Assembly (NCBI GenBank): GCA_965204345.1
Contig: OZ241981.1
Span: 608,001-672,000, forward strand
Length of the DNA: 64,000 bases
Source: Nitrosopumilus sp.
GTDB lineage: Archaea > Thermoproteota > Nitrososphaeria > Nitrososphaerales > Nitrosopumilaceae
Reading direction: 5' to 3'
Positions 37,754 to 48,204 of the stretch are shown piece by piece (positions within the stretch are counted from its first letter, which is position 1; the number at the start of each line of letters is the position of its first letter). The position numbers and the translations under genes are program-made. Below the pieces are notes generated by a model, which was given only the letters and a program-made list of their open reading frames with translations, ran no database searches and was not told where the DNA came from.

Positions 37754-38865
37754 TATTTATCACCATAAAGCAGTGTGTCAGGGTGAAAAGCTACCCATTC
37801 AAACCAAAATCCGGGCTCAATGGGCATTCTGTTTAGCTGCTTTCCGGCAAGGTCCCCAGAGACAGACAGGCCGTCATAGTTCCATTCAGAACCAGTCTGA
37901 ACATCAAAAATTTTATCATCTGCAAAGACAAAATCCAAAATTTCATCATCATCTACTATTCGCTCAAAAGAACGGGAATTTTGTGCAAACAAGGAAACAA
38001 GCAATATTGGCACATCGCCAACATAGTCGTTAATCAGGGTGCTTGATTCAATATCAGCCTGCGTATATGCCTTGTAAATGCCGTTTTGATTAAAGCCAAT
38101 GATTATCTCCTTGGGGTGTAGCCTATCATCACTGTGCTCTACAGGGAAGATGATTCTAGGTTCGGTATAATAATTGCCGTAGGGATCAGTTGCATATGAG
38201 CGGATATGGCCTGTGTCAGTGGTGAGGACAACAGTATCAGGATGAAGGGATTTCCAGTCGCCCCATGTGATTACATCAAATGGAACCAAGTTTAACTGAT
38301 ATCCGCTTAGTTTGCCCTTAACTGCCATGCCAAGTGCCTGACTCCAGTATGACTCTGTAAATCTATCATACATTAACAGATTACTATTGTATAACTTTCC
38401 AGAAGTTCCAAACTCTACCTCCCGGCCGTCAATTACGCGCTCAAAGACCTGATTGGTATAACACAGTGGACAGTAGGTCACAGAGACTGGGATTCCGCCG
38501 ACATGATCATTGACAATTTCATGCCAGACTAAGATGAAGATGGGATAGGCCTTTGCCTGACCGTTTATCTCCAATCCAATAACAACATCAGAGTCGGACA
38601 TAAAATCAGAATCAGAGACACTTGCAAACACAGGGTTATCAATGGAGGGAATGCCGTCTTTTGGGGGACCGCCGCCCCTTATTTTGTCAAGGGGAATCAG
38701 GTGTTTAACCCCATTAGTCTCCATCAGAGACAGTGCAGCAGATGTTGGAACAAGAGCATCAGAGTCAGATGCAGAGATATCAGCTGAGGGTTCCTGGTAT
38801 TGAAGCACAACAAATATTGTAAGCATAACAAATCCAATCACAGGTATGAGCAACTTTAGATTCAA
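37753..38865 (-). CDS. DUF3179 family exported protein
   Basis: GGPPKDGIPSIDNP, AKAYP..IL.WHEIVND, VTYCPLC, FGTSGKLYNSNLLMYDR.TES.WSQ, FWFEW.AFHPDT. Confidence 0.85.
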   Translation of the reverse strand: MNLKLLIPVIGFVMLTIFVVLQYQEPSADISASDSDALVPTSAALSLMETNGVKHLIPLDKIRGGGPPKDGIPSIDNPVFASVSDSDFMSDSDVVIGLEINGQAKAYPIFILVWHEIVNDHVGGIPVSVTYCPLCYTNQVFERVIDGREVEFGTSGKLYNSNLLMYDRFTESYWSQALGMAVKGKLSGYQLNLVPFDVITWGDWKSLHPDTVVLTTDTGHIRSYATDPYGNYYTEPRIIFPVEHSDDRLHPKEIIIGFNQNGIYKAYTQADIESSTLINDYVGDVPILLVSLFAQNSRSFERIVDDDEILDFVFADDKIFDVQTGSEWNYDGLSVSGDLAGKQLNRMPIEPGFWFEWVAFHPDTLLYGDK

Positions 38866-38962
38866 TTTTTAAATAATTTTCATTCACAAAATATTAAAAA
38901 ATTGTGCCAACTTGATTTTAATTTGGATAAATCCTTTTAATGAATCTCAAAATCGTTTAGCC

Positions 38963-39388
38963 ATGAAAAGTAGCGCAAGCCTGCTAAAAGAAAATGTGCT
39001 GCATGATATTACCCACTGGGGGATAAGCGCATCAGTTGGTGCAATATTCATAGTACACAGTCTGAAAAAATTTGACCCCAGTTGGCAGGAATGGCTAGTG
39101 AGCATAGGGATTCCACCAGAGTTGCAGTTGCCCATTGCACTAGCAGAGCTCATAGGGGGAATACTGCTAGTCGTGGGAGTACTAACTAGAATAACAGGCT
39201 CAATCCTTGCCATAATACTGCTGGGAGCAATATTTCACATTAGATGGGAAAACGGATTTTTTGTATCCAAAGGAGGATGGGAATGGGATCTGGTGATGCT
39301 AGCTGCAGTTCTTGCAATTATTGCAGCAGGTCCAGGCAGAATATCAATTTCACACATTGCAAAGAGGATTCCCAGGTTCCTGCAGTAA
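38963..39388 (+). CDS. DoxX family membrane protein
   Basis: FIVHS.KKF...AELIGGILLVVGVLTR...GAIF.I.W..G......GWE..L......GPG.IS; ATG at 38963. Confidence 0.85.
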   Translation: MKSSASLLKENVLHDITHWGISASVGAIFIVHSLKKFDPSWQEWLVSIGIPPELQLPIALAELIGGILLVVGVLTRITGSILAIILLGAIFHIRWENGFFVSKGGWEWDLVMLAAVLAIIAAGPGRISISHIAKRIPRFLQ

Positions 39389-40537
39389 CTATCTTATTTT
39401 TTTGTTTAGTTCTGTAATGAATTTTTTTATTTTTGGTTTGGGAACTACGGCCCCGCATGCTTTATCATGGCCGCCACCAGAACCGCCAAGACTGGTTGCC
39501 AAGACATTTACAATTTTGCCCAGGTGAACTTTGCAATTTTTGGAACCTCGGACTGAGACGGCATAGATGCCATGATCAACGCGCTCTTTGTAGGCCACGC
39601 CAACATCTTTTCCGGAGAGACCCATTACAAAATTGACAGCGCCGCTTGCACCAGAATCCAGAATCTCCATATGGCCAAGATTTGACATGGTCTTCATTCC
39701 TTTCTTTACTTTGGCAATCATCTGAGATAGTTTTTCCACTTGAATTTGCGCAAACTCAAAAGTATTTGGAATGTCATGAGGGAACTTTGAATCGGCCAGT
39801 TCTTCAACCAGATACTGCAAATAATCAGGCTCCCTTTGGCGTCCTACAATATTATAAGTCATGACAGTTGCACTAATCAAAGCAAATTGACGGTCATAGA
39901 TTTGAAGCAGTTTTGAACCAAGTGGGCTATCCTCCATATAGTCAGTGATTGCAGCACATGTTGCAACAAAAGAGGCGTGATCTTCAAGTCTGGACGAATA
40001 GGCATGGTAAACCTGGACAGTGGTACACTCGTGAATATCATGAATTACCTTGACCTTGATTTTTTCTAGGGATTTTACAACGGCCGGATCAATATCATGA
40101 TGATCAATATAAGTAACTGAAACCTTGTTTTTTCTCAGGGCAGTCAGAATATCAACGAATTCATCCTGGGTCTTTTTACTTAATCCCAAGTCACATATGA
40201 ACAATGACTTTAATTTTTCATCTAAAGCTACCTGGTTTAATGCCTCCATTTGCCCAGGATAGTCAACGAGGATTGCATCACCGCCAAACGCTTGTCGGAT
40301 TAATGCAGCAGAACTGATTCCGTCACAGTCCTCCTTGTGGGAAATGCAGATAACCTTTGTCCGCTGCGTTTTAGAAGCTTTTTTGGTTACTTTTTTTGTT
40401 GTAGGCTTGCCAGTTGTTTTTTTAGCGGCAGTTTTTTTGGCTGCCTTTTTGGCCGCAGGCTTGATGGCTGTTTTTTTAGGCCTTGGGCTAGCAGCCTTTT
40501 TTTTGACAGGTTTCTTGGGTTTGGATACGGCAGCCAA
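39389..40537 (-). CDS. DHH/DHHA1 family phosphoesterase with Lys/Ala-rich N-terminal tail
   Basis: H.EDCDG, CDLG, IDHH, C-terminal SVRG...GGSGGGH.KACG. Confidence 0.85.
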   Translation of the reverse strand: MAAVSKPKKPVKKKAASPRPKKTAIKPAAKKAAKKTAAKKTTGKPTTKKVTKKASKTQRTKVICISHKEDCDGISSAALIRQAFGGDAILVDYPGQMEALNQVALDEKLKSLFICDLGLSKKTQDEFVDILTALRKNKVSVTYIDHHDIDPAVVKSLEKIKVKVIHDIHECTTVQVYHAYSSRLEDHASFVATCAAITDYMEDSPLGSKLLQIYDRQFALISATVMTYNIVGRQREPDYLQYLVEELADSKFPHDIPNTFEFAQIQVEKLSQMIAKVKKGMKTMSNLGHMEILDSGASGAVNFVMGLSGKDVGVAYKERVDHGIYAVSVRGSKNCKVHLGKIVNVLATSLGGSGGGHDKACGAVVPKPKIKKFITELNKKIR

Positions 40538-40583
40538 TACAGATTAAAAAATCACGAGCCCTCATTTAAATGAAGAATAAAAA

Positions 40584-40775
40584 TCAGGACTTTCTAAAAG
40601 GCTTCTTGATGCTTTGGTTAATCAAGGAACTTGAATCAATGTATACATCACAAAATGACAGCCCGTCCATCTGGGTTTGCTGATCAACTTCTTGAATTTC
40701 TTTTAATTTCTCAGGTGATGCGCCAAGCACCATCTCATCTAGTTTTTTTAGATGTTCACGCTCTTTGGGGGTCAT
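40584..40775 (-). CDS. small hypothetical protein, similar to 42060..42266
   Basis: 63-aa ORF; shares the DE.V...PE...I..D......G..F pattern with the ORF on the other side of citrate synthase. Confidence 0.55.
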   Translation of the reverse strand: MTPKEREHLKKLDEMVLGASPEKLKEIQEVDQQTQMDGLSFCDVYIDSSSLINQSIKKPFRKS

Positions 40776-40893
40776 TTAATTTTTGATTAAAAATTCTCAT
40801 TTATTACCAAAAGTTGTCATATTAGACTAAATGCTAAATTCATAGACACGATTTTAGCAAAAACATAATAGAAGATTTTCACATAGGCTCAGC

Positions 40894-42057
40894 ATGGAGA
40901 CAAAAAATATCGGTCTGCGCGGCATTGAGGTAGCCGATACCAAAATTTCAAACATCGACGGAGAAAAAGGCAAGCTCATCTACAGGGGATTTGACATTTT
41001 AGATCTTACAAAAAATTCAACGTTTGAGGAAACAGCGTACCTGTTACTATATGACAACCTTCCAACAAAGCAGGAATTAGACGAATTTAATGCAAAATTA
41101 GTGGATGCAAGGTACATTCCAAAGCAAATGCAAAAAAACATGGGAAACTGGAGAAAGGATGCAGATCCAATGGACATGCTTCAGGCATTCGTATCTGCAC
41201 TTGCAGGGTATTATGATGAAGAATTTTCAAACAAGGATGCCAGCTATGAGAAGGCGATAAATCTTATTGCCAAAGTTCCGACCATCATTGCAAGCTGGCA
41301 GAGAATACGAAACGGGTTAGAGCCAGTAGAACCTGACGGATCCCTAAATCATGCGGCAAACTTTCTGTACATGATGTCAGGAGTAAAGCCGGATTCGGAG
41401 GTTGAGAAGATATTTGACGTGTGTCTGATTCTTCATGCAGATCACACTTTTAATGCATCGACTTTTACGGCAAGGCAGGTTGCATCAACGAGGGCCCACA
41501 TGTATTCAGCAGCCAGTGCAGCAATAGGCGCACTCAGTGGAGAACTGCACGGAGGAGCAAATACCGAAGTCATGAAGATGCTTTTGGAAATTGAAAGCAT
41601 GGACAAAGTAGAGGAATGGATCAAAAAAAGCATGAGCGCAGGAAACAGAATTATGGGAATGGGCCATGCAGTGTACAGAACATATGATCCAAGGGCCCAA
41701 GTGCTAAAAGAACTATCAAGGAAACTTGCAGAAAAAACCAAAGAGCCATGGTTTGCAATTACAGAAAAAATAGAGACTGCTACCATTTCAGAAATGAAAT
41801 CCCAAAAGGGCAAAGAGATTTATCCAAATGTGGATTTGTACAGTGCATCAATTTACTATATGCTAAAAATTCCAGTGGATCTTAACACGCCAATATTTGC
41901 AATTTCCAGGGTTGCAGGCTGGGCAGCCCACATCATTGAAGAAAAGTTTGCAGAGGCCGCGCCAAAACCGGCACTGTACAGACCCAAGGCAGTCTATGTT
42001 GGAAAATATTGCGGACCGCAGGGTTGCGAATACAAAACGCTAGACTTGAGAAAGTAG
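40894..42057 (+). CDS. gltA: citrate synthase
   Basis: GLRGI....T.IS.IDG..G.L.YRG, LHADH.FNAST, LHGGAN, MGMGHAVYRTYDPRA, PNVDLYS, RVAGW.AH. Confidence 0.95.
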   Translation: METKNIGLRGIEVADTKISNIDGEKGKLIYRGFDILDLTKNSTFEETAYLLLYDNLPTKQELDEFNAKLVDARYIPKQMQKNMGNWRKDADPMDMLQAFVSALAGYYDEEFSNKDASYEKAINLIAKVPTIIASWQRIRNGLEPVEPDGSLNHAANFLYMMSGVKPDSEVEKIFDVCLILHADHTFNASTFTARQVASTRAHMYSAASAAIGALSGELHGGANTEVMKMLLEIESMDKVEEWIKKSMSAGNRIMGMGHAVYRTYDPRAQVLKELSRKLAEKTKEPWFAITEKIETATISEMKSQKGKEIYPNVDLYSASIYYMLKIPVDLNTPIFAISRVAGWAAHIIEEKFAEAAPKPALYRPKAVYVGKYCGPQGCEYKTLDLRK

Positions 42058-42059
42058 TT

Positions 42060-42266
42060 TTAATTTCTTGTACTAAGCCAATCTTTTGCCGTAGAGTCTA
42101 CATTGTGTTTGTACAGTACCTCAAAGATCATTTCATAAAAGGTAATGCCCTTTTTGCGTGCCTCATGATCTAGCCATTTTATCCCATTGGCTAATTCAGG
42201 ATCATATTCTGAGGACTCTACTAGTTCATCTACCACCTTTGAGAAGAAGGAGTGGGACTCAAGCAT
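42060..42266 (-). CDS. small hypothetical protein
   Basis: DPELANGIKWLD..A.KKGITFYEM.FEVLYKH; likely ATG at 42266 (track start 42320). Confidence 0.6.
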   Translation of the reverse strand: MLESHSFFSKVVDELVESSEYDPELANGIKWLDHEARKKGITFYEMIFEVLYKHNVDSTAKDWLSTRN

Positions 42267-43049
42267 GTCTAGACTTTTCAAACTATGATCATAAGGAGGG
42301 TATTCAAAATATATAGACAAAAAACCCCTTTTTGGTTGACAATTGCGCCATGTTTTTTATTCGGACTGCAATTCAGAGAAAATCTCTTTGATTATTCAAA
42401 CAAATCGATCAATTGTTGATCAAAATCAGGTACACATAGAGATTTACAGAAATAAAGTGACAGATCTGCAATCAAAGCATACAGCACACCACACAGGATT
42501 GTTCTGTGGCATAGGGTATTCATAATCAAAAATGAAGATGGGATCAAAATAAAAACAGACACAAATGAAATGTTTGATCAATTTACAACAAATGTGGAGA
42601 TTAAAAGATGAACTTGGCAAAAAACAAAAAGCGTTCATTAGCCAGTTAATCGTTTAAAGAAAACCAAGTGTCAGATTGGAGATAATTAATTTGCAAGGAA
42701 ATTTAGCTGTAGGAAGAACATCTAATGCAAAAGAGATTAAGACCAAAAACGATTAGTTATTTGGTGAGATCTCATTTGCAGTTTGTAATTTAGCTACATA
42801 CAAGAATGATAAAAAAAAAGTTCGTTGAACATAATTGACAACACTGAATGTTCAATTAAAGCGATCATGTAGAATTTTCAAAAAATTATTAAAAAACTGA
42901 TAAAAACTTCAATAATATTACAAAATCAATGTTTTGAAAATTAAATTACGAAAATATCATATTTCAGAGAAATTATTTGTAAAAATTAGCACAATATACG
43001 ATTTAAAACGATTAGATTTATTTAGCATGTATCAAGTCATGGATCAATT

Positions 43050-43769
43050 ATGGCAAGTATAGACAAAGCAGCAATAGTATTCTCAATTGCAATTACACTA
43101 GTCGGTGTAGGAATTGCAGTTATGGGAGCTTCTGCTGATAATTCGTCAACAAGTTCGATTCCAAGAGAATCTAGCATGATGGAAGAATCTAGCATGATGG
43201 AAGAATCTAGCATGATGGAAGAATCTAGCATGATGGAAGAATCTAGCATGATGGAAGAATCTAGCATGATGGAAGAATCTAGCATGATGGAAGAATCTAG
43301 CATGATGGAAGAATCTAGCATGATGGAAGAATCTAGCATGATGGAAGAATCTAGCATGATGGAAGAATCTAGCATGATGGAAGAATCTAGCATGATGGAA
43401 GAATCTAGCATGATGGAAGAATCTAGCATGATGGAAGAAGAAGTCATGATGGAAGAGCCAGCAGGACCAACAACACACATTGTTGATATTCCAGTAGGAA
43501 CTTCATTTGTAGGATGTGAAGAGAATAATGCATGCTACATTCCAGAAGATATCACAATTAATGCTGGAGATACAGTAGAATGGATTAATCTTGACACAGC
43601 AGTGCACACAGTGACAGGCGGAAATCCGGCTGATGGTCCATCTGGTGCATTTGATAGTAGTCTGGTCATGGTAGATGAAAATTATTCATTTACATTTGAT
43701 GAACCAGGCAGCTTCGATTACTTCTGTATGGTTCATCCATGGATGATTGGCAGTGTTACAGTGAACTGA
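43050..43769 (+). CDS. membrane-anchored blue-copper (plastocyanin/azurin-like) protein with Met-rich repeat linker
   Basis: N-terminal TM helix; GDTVEW.N.D..VHTV and YFCMVHPWM supply the type-1 Cu ligands H/C/H/M. Confidence 0.9.
   Translation: MASIDKAAIVFSIAITLVGVGIAVMGASADNSSTSSIPRESSMMEESSMMEESSMMEESSMMEESSMMEESSMMEESSMMEESSMMEESSMMEESSMMEESSMMEESSMMEESSMMEESSMMEESSMMEEEVMMEEPAGPTTHIVDIPVGTSFVGCEENNACYIPEDITINAGDTVEWINLDTAVHTVTGGNPADGPSGAFDSSLVMVDENYSFTFDEPGSFDYFCMVHPWMIGSVTVN
43164..43433 (+). repeat. 18-nt tandem repeat x15 (gaagaatctagcatgatg; EESSMM)
   Basis: 270 nt counted directly; only the first unit differs (starts AGA). Confidence 0.95.
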
Positions 43770-43795
43770 CCAAAATTTTTCCTTTTTTCTTATTT

Positions 43796-45382
43796 TTATC
43801 TTATCTTGTTTTTCCTTATTGTTCGATTATATGCCACACCAAATCTATGGGTTTCATCCCGGGCATACTGCAGAATCTTCAAAGAGGAATTGTATTTTGG
43901 AATGACTATGGGATTTTTATTTTTAGGTACATAGACTTGCTCGTTTTCTTTTGCCAAAGAGATACAGGGCAGATCCAAGCCAAGGGATTCTAAAGCACTA
44001 ACAGCCGAACTGAGTTGTCCCTTACCGCCATCAATTACAATCAAATCAGGAAGCTCAGACTTTTCCTCCAGTAACCTAAAGTAACGTCTTTTTATAACTT
44101 CATTAATCATTCCAAAATCATCTCGCCCAGAGATAGTTTTGATTTTAAATTTACGATATCCGGATTTGTTTGGAACCCCGCCAACAAATCTAGACATTGA
44201 TCCTACGGCAAAATCAGCACCGTGGTTAGAGATATCAAAACACTCAATGACATTTGGAATTGCAGGCAGACTAAGAACTTCTTTTAGTTCAACTAGCCCG
44301 GGATCCCCACCTTTTGAATGGATTAATTGGATATTCTTTAAAATCAGATTAATAATGTCCTTTTTCTTGCCCCTAATCGGGGATAGTATTTGTACATTAA
44401 AGCCGGATTGCTCAGAGAATAAGGATTCTAGCAACTTGTGATTTTCAGGCAATTCACTAACAAAGATGAATTTGGGAATTTTATGGGTTGAATAATACTG
44501 GTATAGAAAATTTGAAAAAGAATTATCACCTACCAGATCAAAAAAGAATTTATCGCTGTCCCTAATCACGCCATTAATCATCCTAAAATTCATCACAGAT
44601 GCGGACTGTTCTTGGATGCCTATCCCAAAGTATTCCTCATCAGAATTTTCAACGTATTCCATTTTTTGCCTAGTTTGCAGGCTTCCAAGTCTAATCAGAG
44701 TATCGCGAATGTCTTTTGCACGCTCAAACTGTTGTGATTTTGCTGCCTGTTGCATCTCTTCCTCTAATTTTTTGGTAAAAATCCGGGTTTGGTTTTTTCC
44801 CTTAAGAACATCCTCCAATGCAGAAACATGCTTGGGATACCTGTCTTGAGCGTCCTCAAACTCGCAGGGACCCTCACAGTTTCCCAAGTGATATTCCAGA
44901 CAAACCTTTTTTGGAAGTGTTTTGCAGATTCGTATTTGAAATGCCTTTCTTAATGTGCCAATAGTCAGTAATTTGGAGCTGCCTTGCGTGAAAGGCCCAA
45001 AAGTTTTTCCCTTGGCTAAAAATTTTCCATCCCTGGTGCGTCTTGCAACCAATAGTCGGGGAAATTTTTCATCAGAGATTCTAAGATACGTATACCTTTG
45101 CTGGTCCTTTAGCTCAATATTGAATCTGGGCCGATACTTTTTGATCATGTTTGACTCTAAAAGAAAAGCCTCGCTTTCATTATCAGTTAAGACAAACTCA
45201 ATCTCAGAGATGTGCTCGACTAGTTTTTGCGTCTTGTAATTTTGATTCTTGTTAAAATAAGACCGAACCCTGTTTTTCAAGTTCTTTGCTTTGCCAATGT
45301 AGATTATTTTATCATCAGAGTCCCTCATCAGATAAATTCCGGGATCTGTCGGGATTGTAACTTTAGAGATATCAAAGGTCAT
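43796..45382 (-). CDS. uvrC: excinuclease ABC subunit C
   Basis: GIY-YIG (PGIYLM...IYIGKAKNLKNRV), Cys cluster, UVR motif, ECFDISN, VIDGGKGQL, RDETHRF. Confidence 0.95.
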   Translation of the reverse strand: MTFDISKVTIPTDPGIYLMRDSDDKIIYIGKAKNLKNRVRSYFNKNQNYKTQKLVEHISEIEFVLTDNESEAFLLESNMIKKYRPRFNIELKDQQRYTYLRISDEKFPRLLVARRTRDGKFLAKGKTFGPFTQGSSKLLTIGTLRKAFQIRICKTLPKKVCLEYHLGNCEGPCEFEDAQDRYPKHVSALEDVLKGKNQTRIFTKKLEEEMQQAAKSQQFERAKDIRDTLIRLGSLQTRQKMEYVENSDEEYFGIGIQEQSASVMNFRMINGVIRDSDKFFFDLVGDNSFSNFLYQYYSTHKIPKFIFVSELPENHKLLESLFSEQSGFNVQILSPIRGKKKDIINLILKNIQLIHSKGGDPGLVELKEVLSLPAIPNVIECFDISNHGADFAVGSMSRFVGGVPNKSGYRKFKIKTISGRDDFGMINEVIKRRYFRLLEEKSELPDLIVIDGGKGQLSSAVSALESLGLDLPCISLAKENEQVYVPKNKNPIVIPKYNSSLKILQYARDETHRFGVAYNRTIRKNKIR

Positions 45383-48204
45383 TTTTTTAACAATTTCTTG
45401 AGATATTTTCCAGTATAGCTTCCGGGGGCCTTTACAATGTCCCTTGGAGTGCCAGTAGCAACAATTTTGCCACCCTCATCACCGCCCTCAGGCCCAAGAT
45501 CAACTATCCAGTCAGAATTTTTTATCACATCCATATTATGCTCTATAACAACGACTGTGTTGCCAAGATTAACAAGGCGGTTAAGAACGTCAAGCAGTTT
45601 TTGAACGTCTGCAAAGTGCAATCCCGTGGTAGGCTCATCTAAAACATACAGGGTTTTTCCGGTTCCGCGCTTGGATAGTTCAGATGCAAGTTTTACCCTT
45701 TGGGCTTCGCCTCCAGACAGGGTGGTAGAGGACTGTCCAAGTTTGATATATCCCAATCCAACATCATAAACTGTCTGTAGCTTGCGTTGAATTGCGGGAA
45801 TATTTTCAAAGAAATTGAGCGCCTCATAGACTGTCATGTCCAAAATATCTGAAATGTTTTTGCCCTTGTACAGCACAGACAGTGTTTCAGTGTTGTATCG
45901 CTTTCCTTTACACTCATCACACTTTACATAGACATCAGAGAGAAATTGCATTTCAATTTGCTTTACGCCGTCTCCATCACAGGCAAAGCATCTGCCATCA
46001 GGGACATTAAATGAAAATTGCCCTGGTGCATATCCGCGCTCTTTGGATAATGCAGTGTGCGCATAAAGTTCACGGATGGGGGTAAAGGCGCCAATGTAGG
46101 TTGCAGGGTTTGAACGGGGAGTTCGTCCGATGGGGGACTGGTCAATGGCAATTACTTTGTCAATATTTTCCAGACCCGTAATGCTCTTGTGCATTCCAGG
46201 CCGGACAGTGGATTTGTAAAAATGATTTTCCAGTGATTTTAGCAAGATATCATTGATTAAAGTTGATTTTCCAGAACCTGAAACGCCGGTAATAGAAACA
46301 AAAAGACCCAAGGGAATTTCAACGTCAATCTCTTTTAGATTGTTTTCAGAGGCCTTCCTTATAGTCAGGGACCCGGAGGGACTGCGAGTCTTCTCATCTA
46401 GGCTTATCAGGGAATTGTTTTTCAGATACTTGCCAGTTACGGATTTTGCGTCTTTAAGAATTTGCTGTACGGTGCCCTCAAAGACAACACTGCCTCCATG
46501 GATGCCAGCACCAGGGCCCAGGTCAACCATCCAGTCTGAGTTTCGTATGACCTCTTCGTCATGCTCTACAACTATGACTGTATTTCCCAAATTTCGCAGC
46601 TTGTTTAGCGTTTTTATGAGCCGGGTATTGTCTCGCTGATGCAATCCAATGGTGGGCTCATCAAGAACATAAAGCACCCCGGTCAGATTCGAGCCAATCT
46701 GAGTTGCCAGCCGAATTCTTTGGGATTCGCCGCCAGACAGCGTGGAGCTTAGCCTGTTTAGGGTAAGATAGTTTAGTCCAACGTTCATTAAAAACTCAAG
46801 GCGTTCTCTGATCTCTTTTAGGACATCCCTTGCAATATGTTGCTCGTTTGCAGTTAGTCTCAGTGAGGAGAAAAAGTCAAAGCAGTGATCAATGGACATG
46901 TTGCATACCTCCATTATTCCCTTTTCATTAATCTTGACGGCAAGGGATTCGGGTTTTAGCTTCTTGCCATCACATGCAATACACGGAGTGTCCCGCATGA
47001 ACTGCTTTAGCCACTCTCGCTTGGACTCAGAGTCTGTTTCCATAAATGTGCGCTGTAAATTAGACAAGACACCCTCAAAACTGTTAGTTGACTGCCAGGA
47101 GGAATCGCCAGACTTTGAGCGATACGTAAAATCAATCAGATCGTCGGTCCCGTGTAAAATAATTTGGAGATGCTTGGACTTTATTTTATCAAAAGGCGTC
47201 ATTAAATCAAAGCCATACTTTTTTCCGACTGCCCGCAATGACTGTCGCCTAAATGCAGAGAATCTTCCGCTCCATGGGACAATGGCCCCATCCAAAATGG
47301 ATTTGGTTTTATCAGGAACAACCAAATCAGCGTCAAATTCCATTTTTACGCCCAATCCATTACAAGTCTTGCACATGCCAAACGGAGAGTTAAAGGAAAA
47401 TGAGCGGGGTTCTAGCTCCCCTACAGTCAGACCGCAATAGGGGCATGCGTTGTTTTGCGAAAAGATTTTTTCAGACTTGTCAGTTGCAATCATCACGTCT
47501 CCCTTTGATGCCTTGATGGCAGTCTGTATGGCCTCAAAAAGCCTCGATCTCTCTGATTTTTCAGTGGTGATCCTGTCAACTGCTATCTCAATATTGTGCC
47601 ATTTTTGCCTATCAAGGAGAGGAATCTCATCATCGCCATCTAGGCTCAAAATTTCACCGTTTAGACGGATTCTGGAATATCCGTCCTTTTTGATCTGCTC
47701 AAATAATTTTTCATATGTGCCCTTTTTTCTCTGAACAATGGGGGCCAAAATGAGAATTTTTTTACCTGAAAAGTCCTTGAGTACAGAATCACAGATTCTC
47801 TCTATGGACTGGGTTGATACCTTGCGTCCACAGTTGGTACAGTAGGGAATGCCAATCCTTGCAAACAATAGCCGCATATAGTCATATATTTCAGTAGTGG
47901 TTCCAACAGTGGAACGGGGATTTTTGCTGGTAGTTTTTTGCTGAATGGAAATTGCAGGAGAAAGACCATCTATTGAATCAACATCAGGCTTGTCCATCAT
48001 CTCTAAAAACTGGCGGGCATAAGCCGAAAGTGACTCAACGTATCGTCTCTGGCCCTCGGCATAAATGGTATCAAAAGCTAGGGTGGATTTTCCAGAACCA
48101 GACAGCCCGCTAATTACAACCAACCTGTTTTTTGGAATATCAATGTCCAAATTCTTTAGGTTGTGATGTCTTGCTCCGCGAATTTTTAGTTTATTTTCGG
48201 TCAT
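45379..48204 (-). CDS. uvrA: excinuclease ABC subunit A
   Basis: [29 protein letters not shown], two ABC cassettes, Zn fingers; ATG at 48204. Confidence 0.97.
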   Translation of the reverse strand: MTENKLKIRGARHHNLKNLDIDIPKNRLVVISGLSGSGKSTLAFDTIYAEGQRRYVESLSAYARQFLEMMDKPDVDSIDGLSPAISIQQKTTSKNPRSTVGTTTEIYDYMRLLFARIGIPYCTNCGRKVSTQSIERICDSVLKDFSGKKILILAPIVQRKKGTYEKLFEQIKKDGYSRIRLNGEILSLDGDDEIPLLDRQKWHNIEIAVDRITTEKSERSRLFEAIQTAIKASKGDVMIATDKSEKIFSQNNACPYCGLTVGELEPRSFSFNSPFGMCKTCNGLGVKMEFDADLVVPDKTKSILDGAIVPWSGRFSAFRRQSLRAVGKKYGFDLMTPFDKIKSKHLQIILHGTDDLIDFTYRSKSGDSSWQSTNSFEGVLSNLQRTFMETDSESKREWLKQFMRDTPCIACDGKKLKPESLAVKINEKGIMEVCNMSIDHCFDFFSSLRLTANEQHIARDVLKEIRERLEFLMNVGLNYLTLNRLSSTLSGGESQRIRLATQIGSNLTGVLYVLDEPTIGLHQRDNTRLIKTLNKLRNLGNTVIVVEHDEEVIRNSDWMVDLGPGAGIHGGSVVFEGTVQQILKDAKSVTGKYLKNNSLISLDEKTRSPSGSLTIRKASENNLKEIDVEIPLGLFVSITGVSGSGKSTLINDILLKSLENHFYKSTVRPGMHKSITGLENIDKVIAIDQSPIGRTPRSNPATYIGAFTPIRELYAHTALSKERGYAPGQFSFNVPDGRCFACDGDGVKQIEMQFLSDVYVKCDECKGKRYNTETLSVLYKGKNISDILDMTVYEALNFFENIPAIQRKLQTVYDVGLGYIKLGQSSTTLSGGEAQRVKLASELSKRGTGKTLYVLDEPTTGLHFADVQKLLDVLNRLVNLGNTVVVIEHNMDVIKNSDWIVDLGPEGGDEGGKIVATGTPRDIVKAPGSYTGKYLKKLLKK

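Noticed and set aside
43164-43433. 18-nt repeat as a CRISPR array, and the antisense HHARFF / IMLDSS ORFs
   Set aside because: No spacers and no cas genes; the repeat is in frame within the cupredoxin, and the other frames are by-products.
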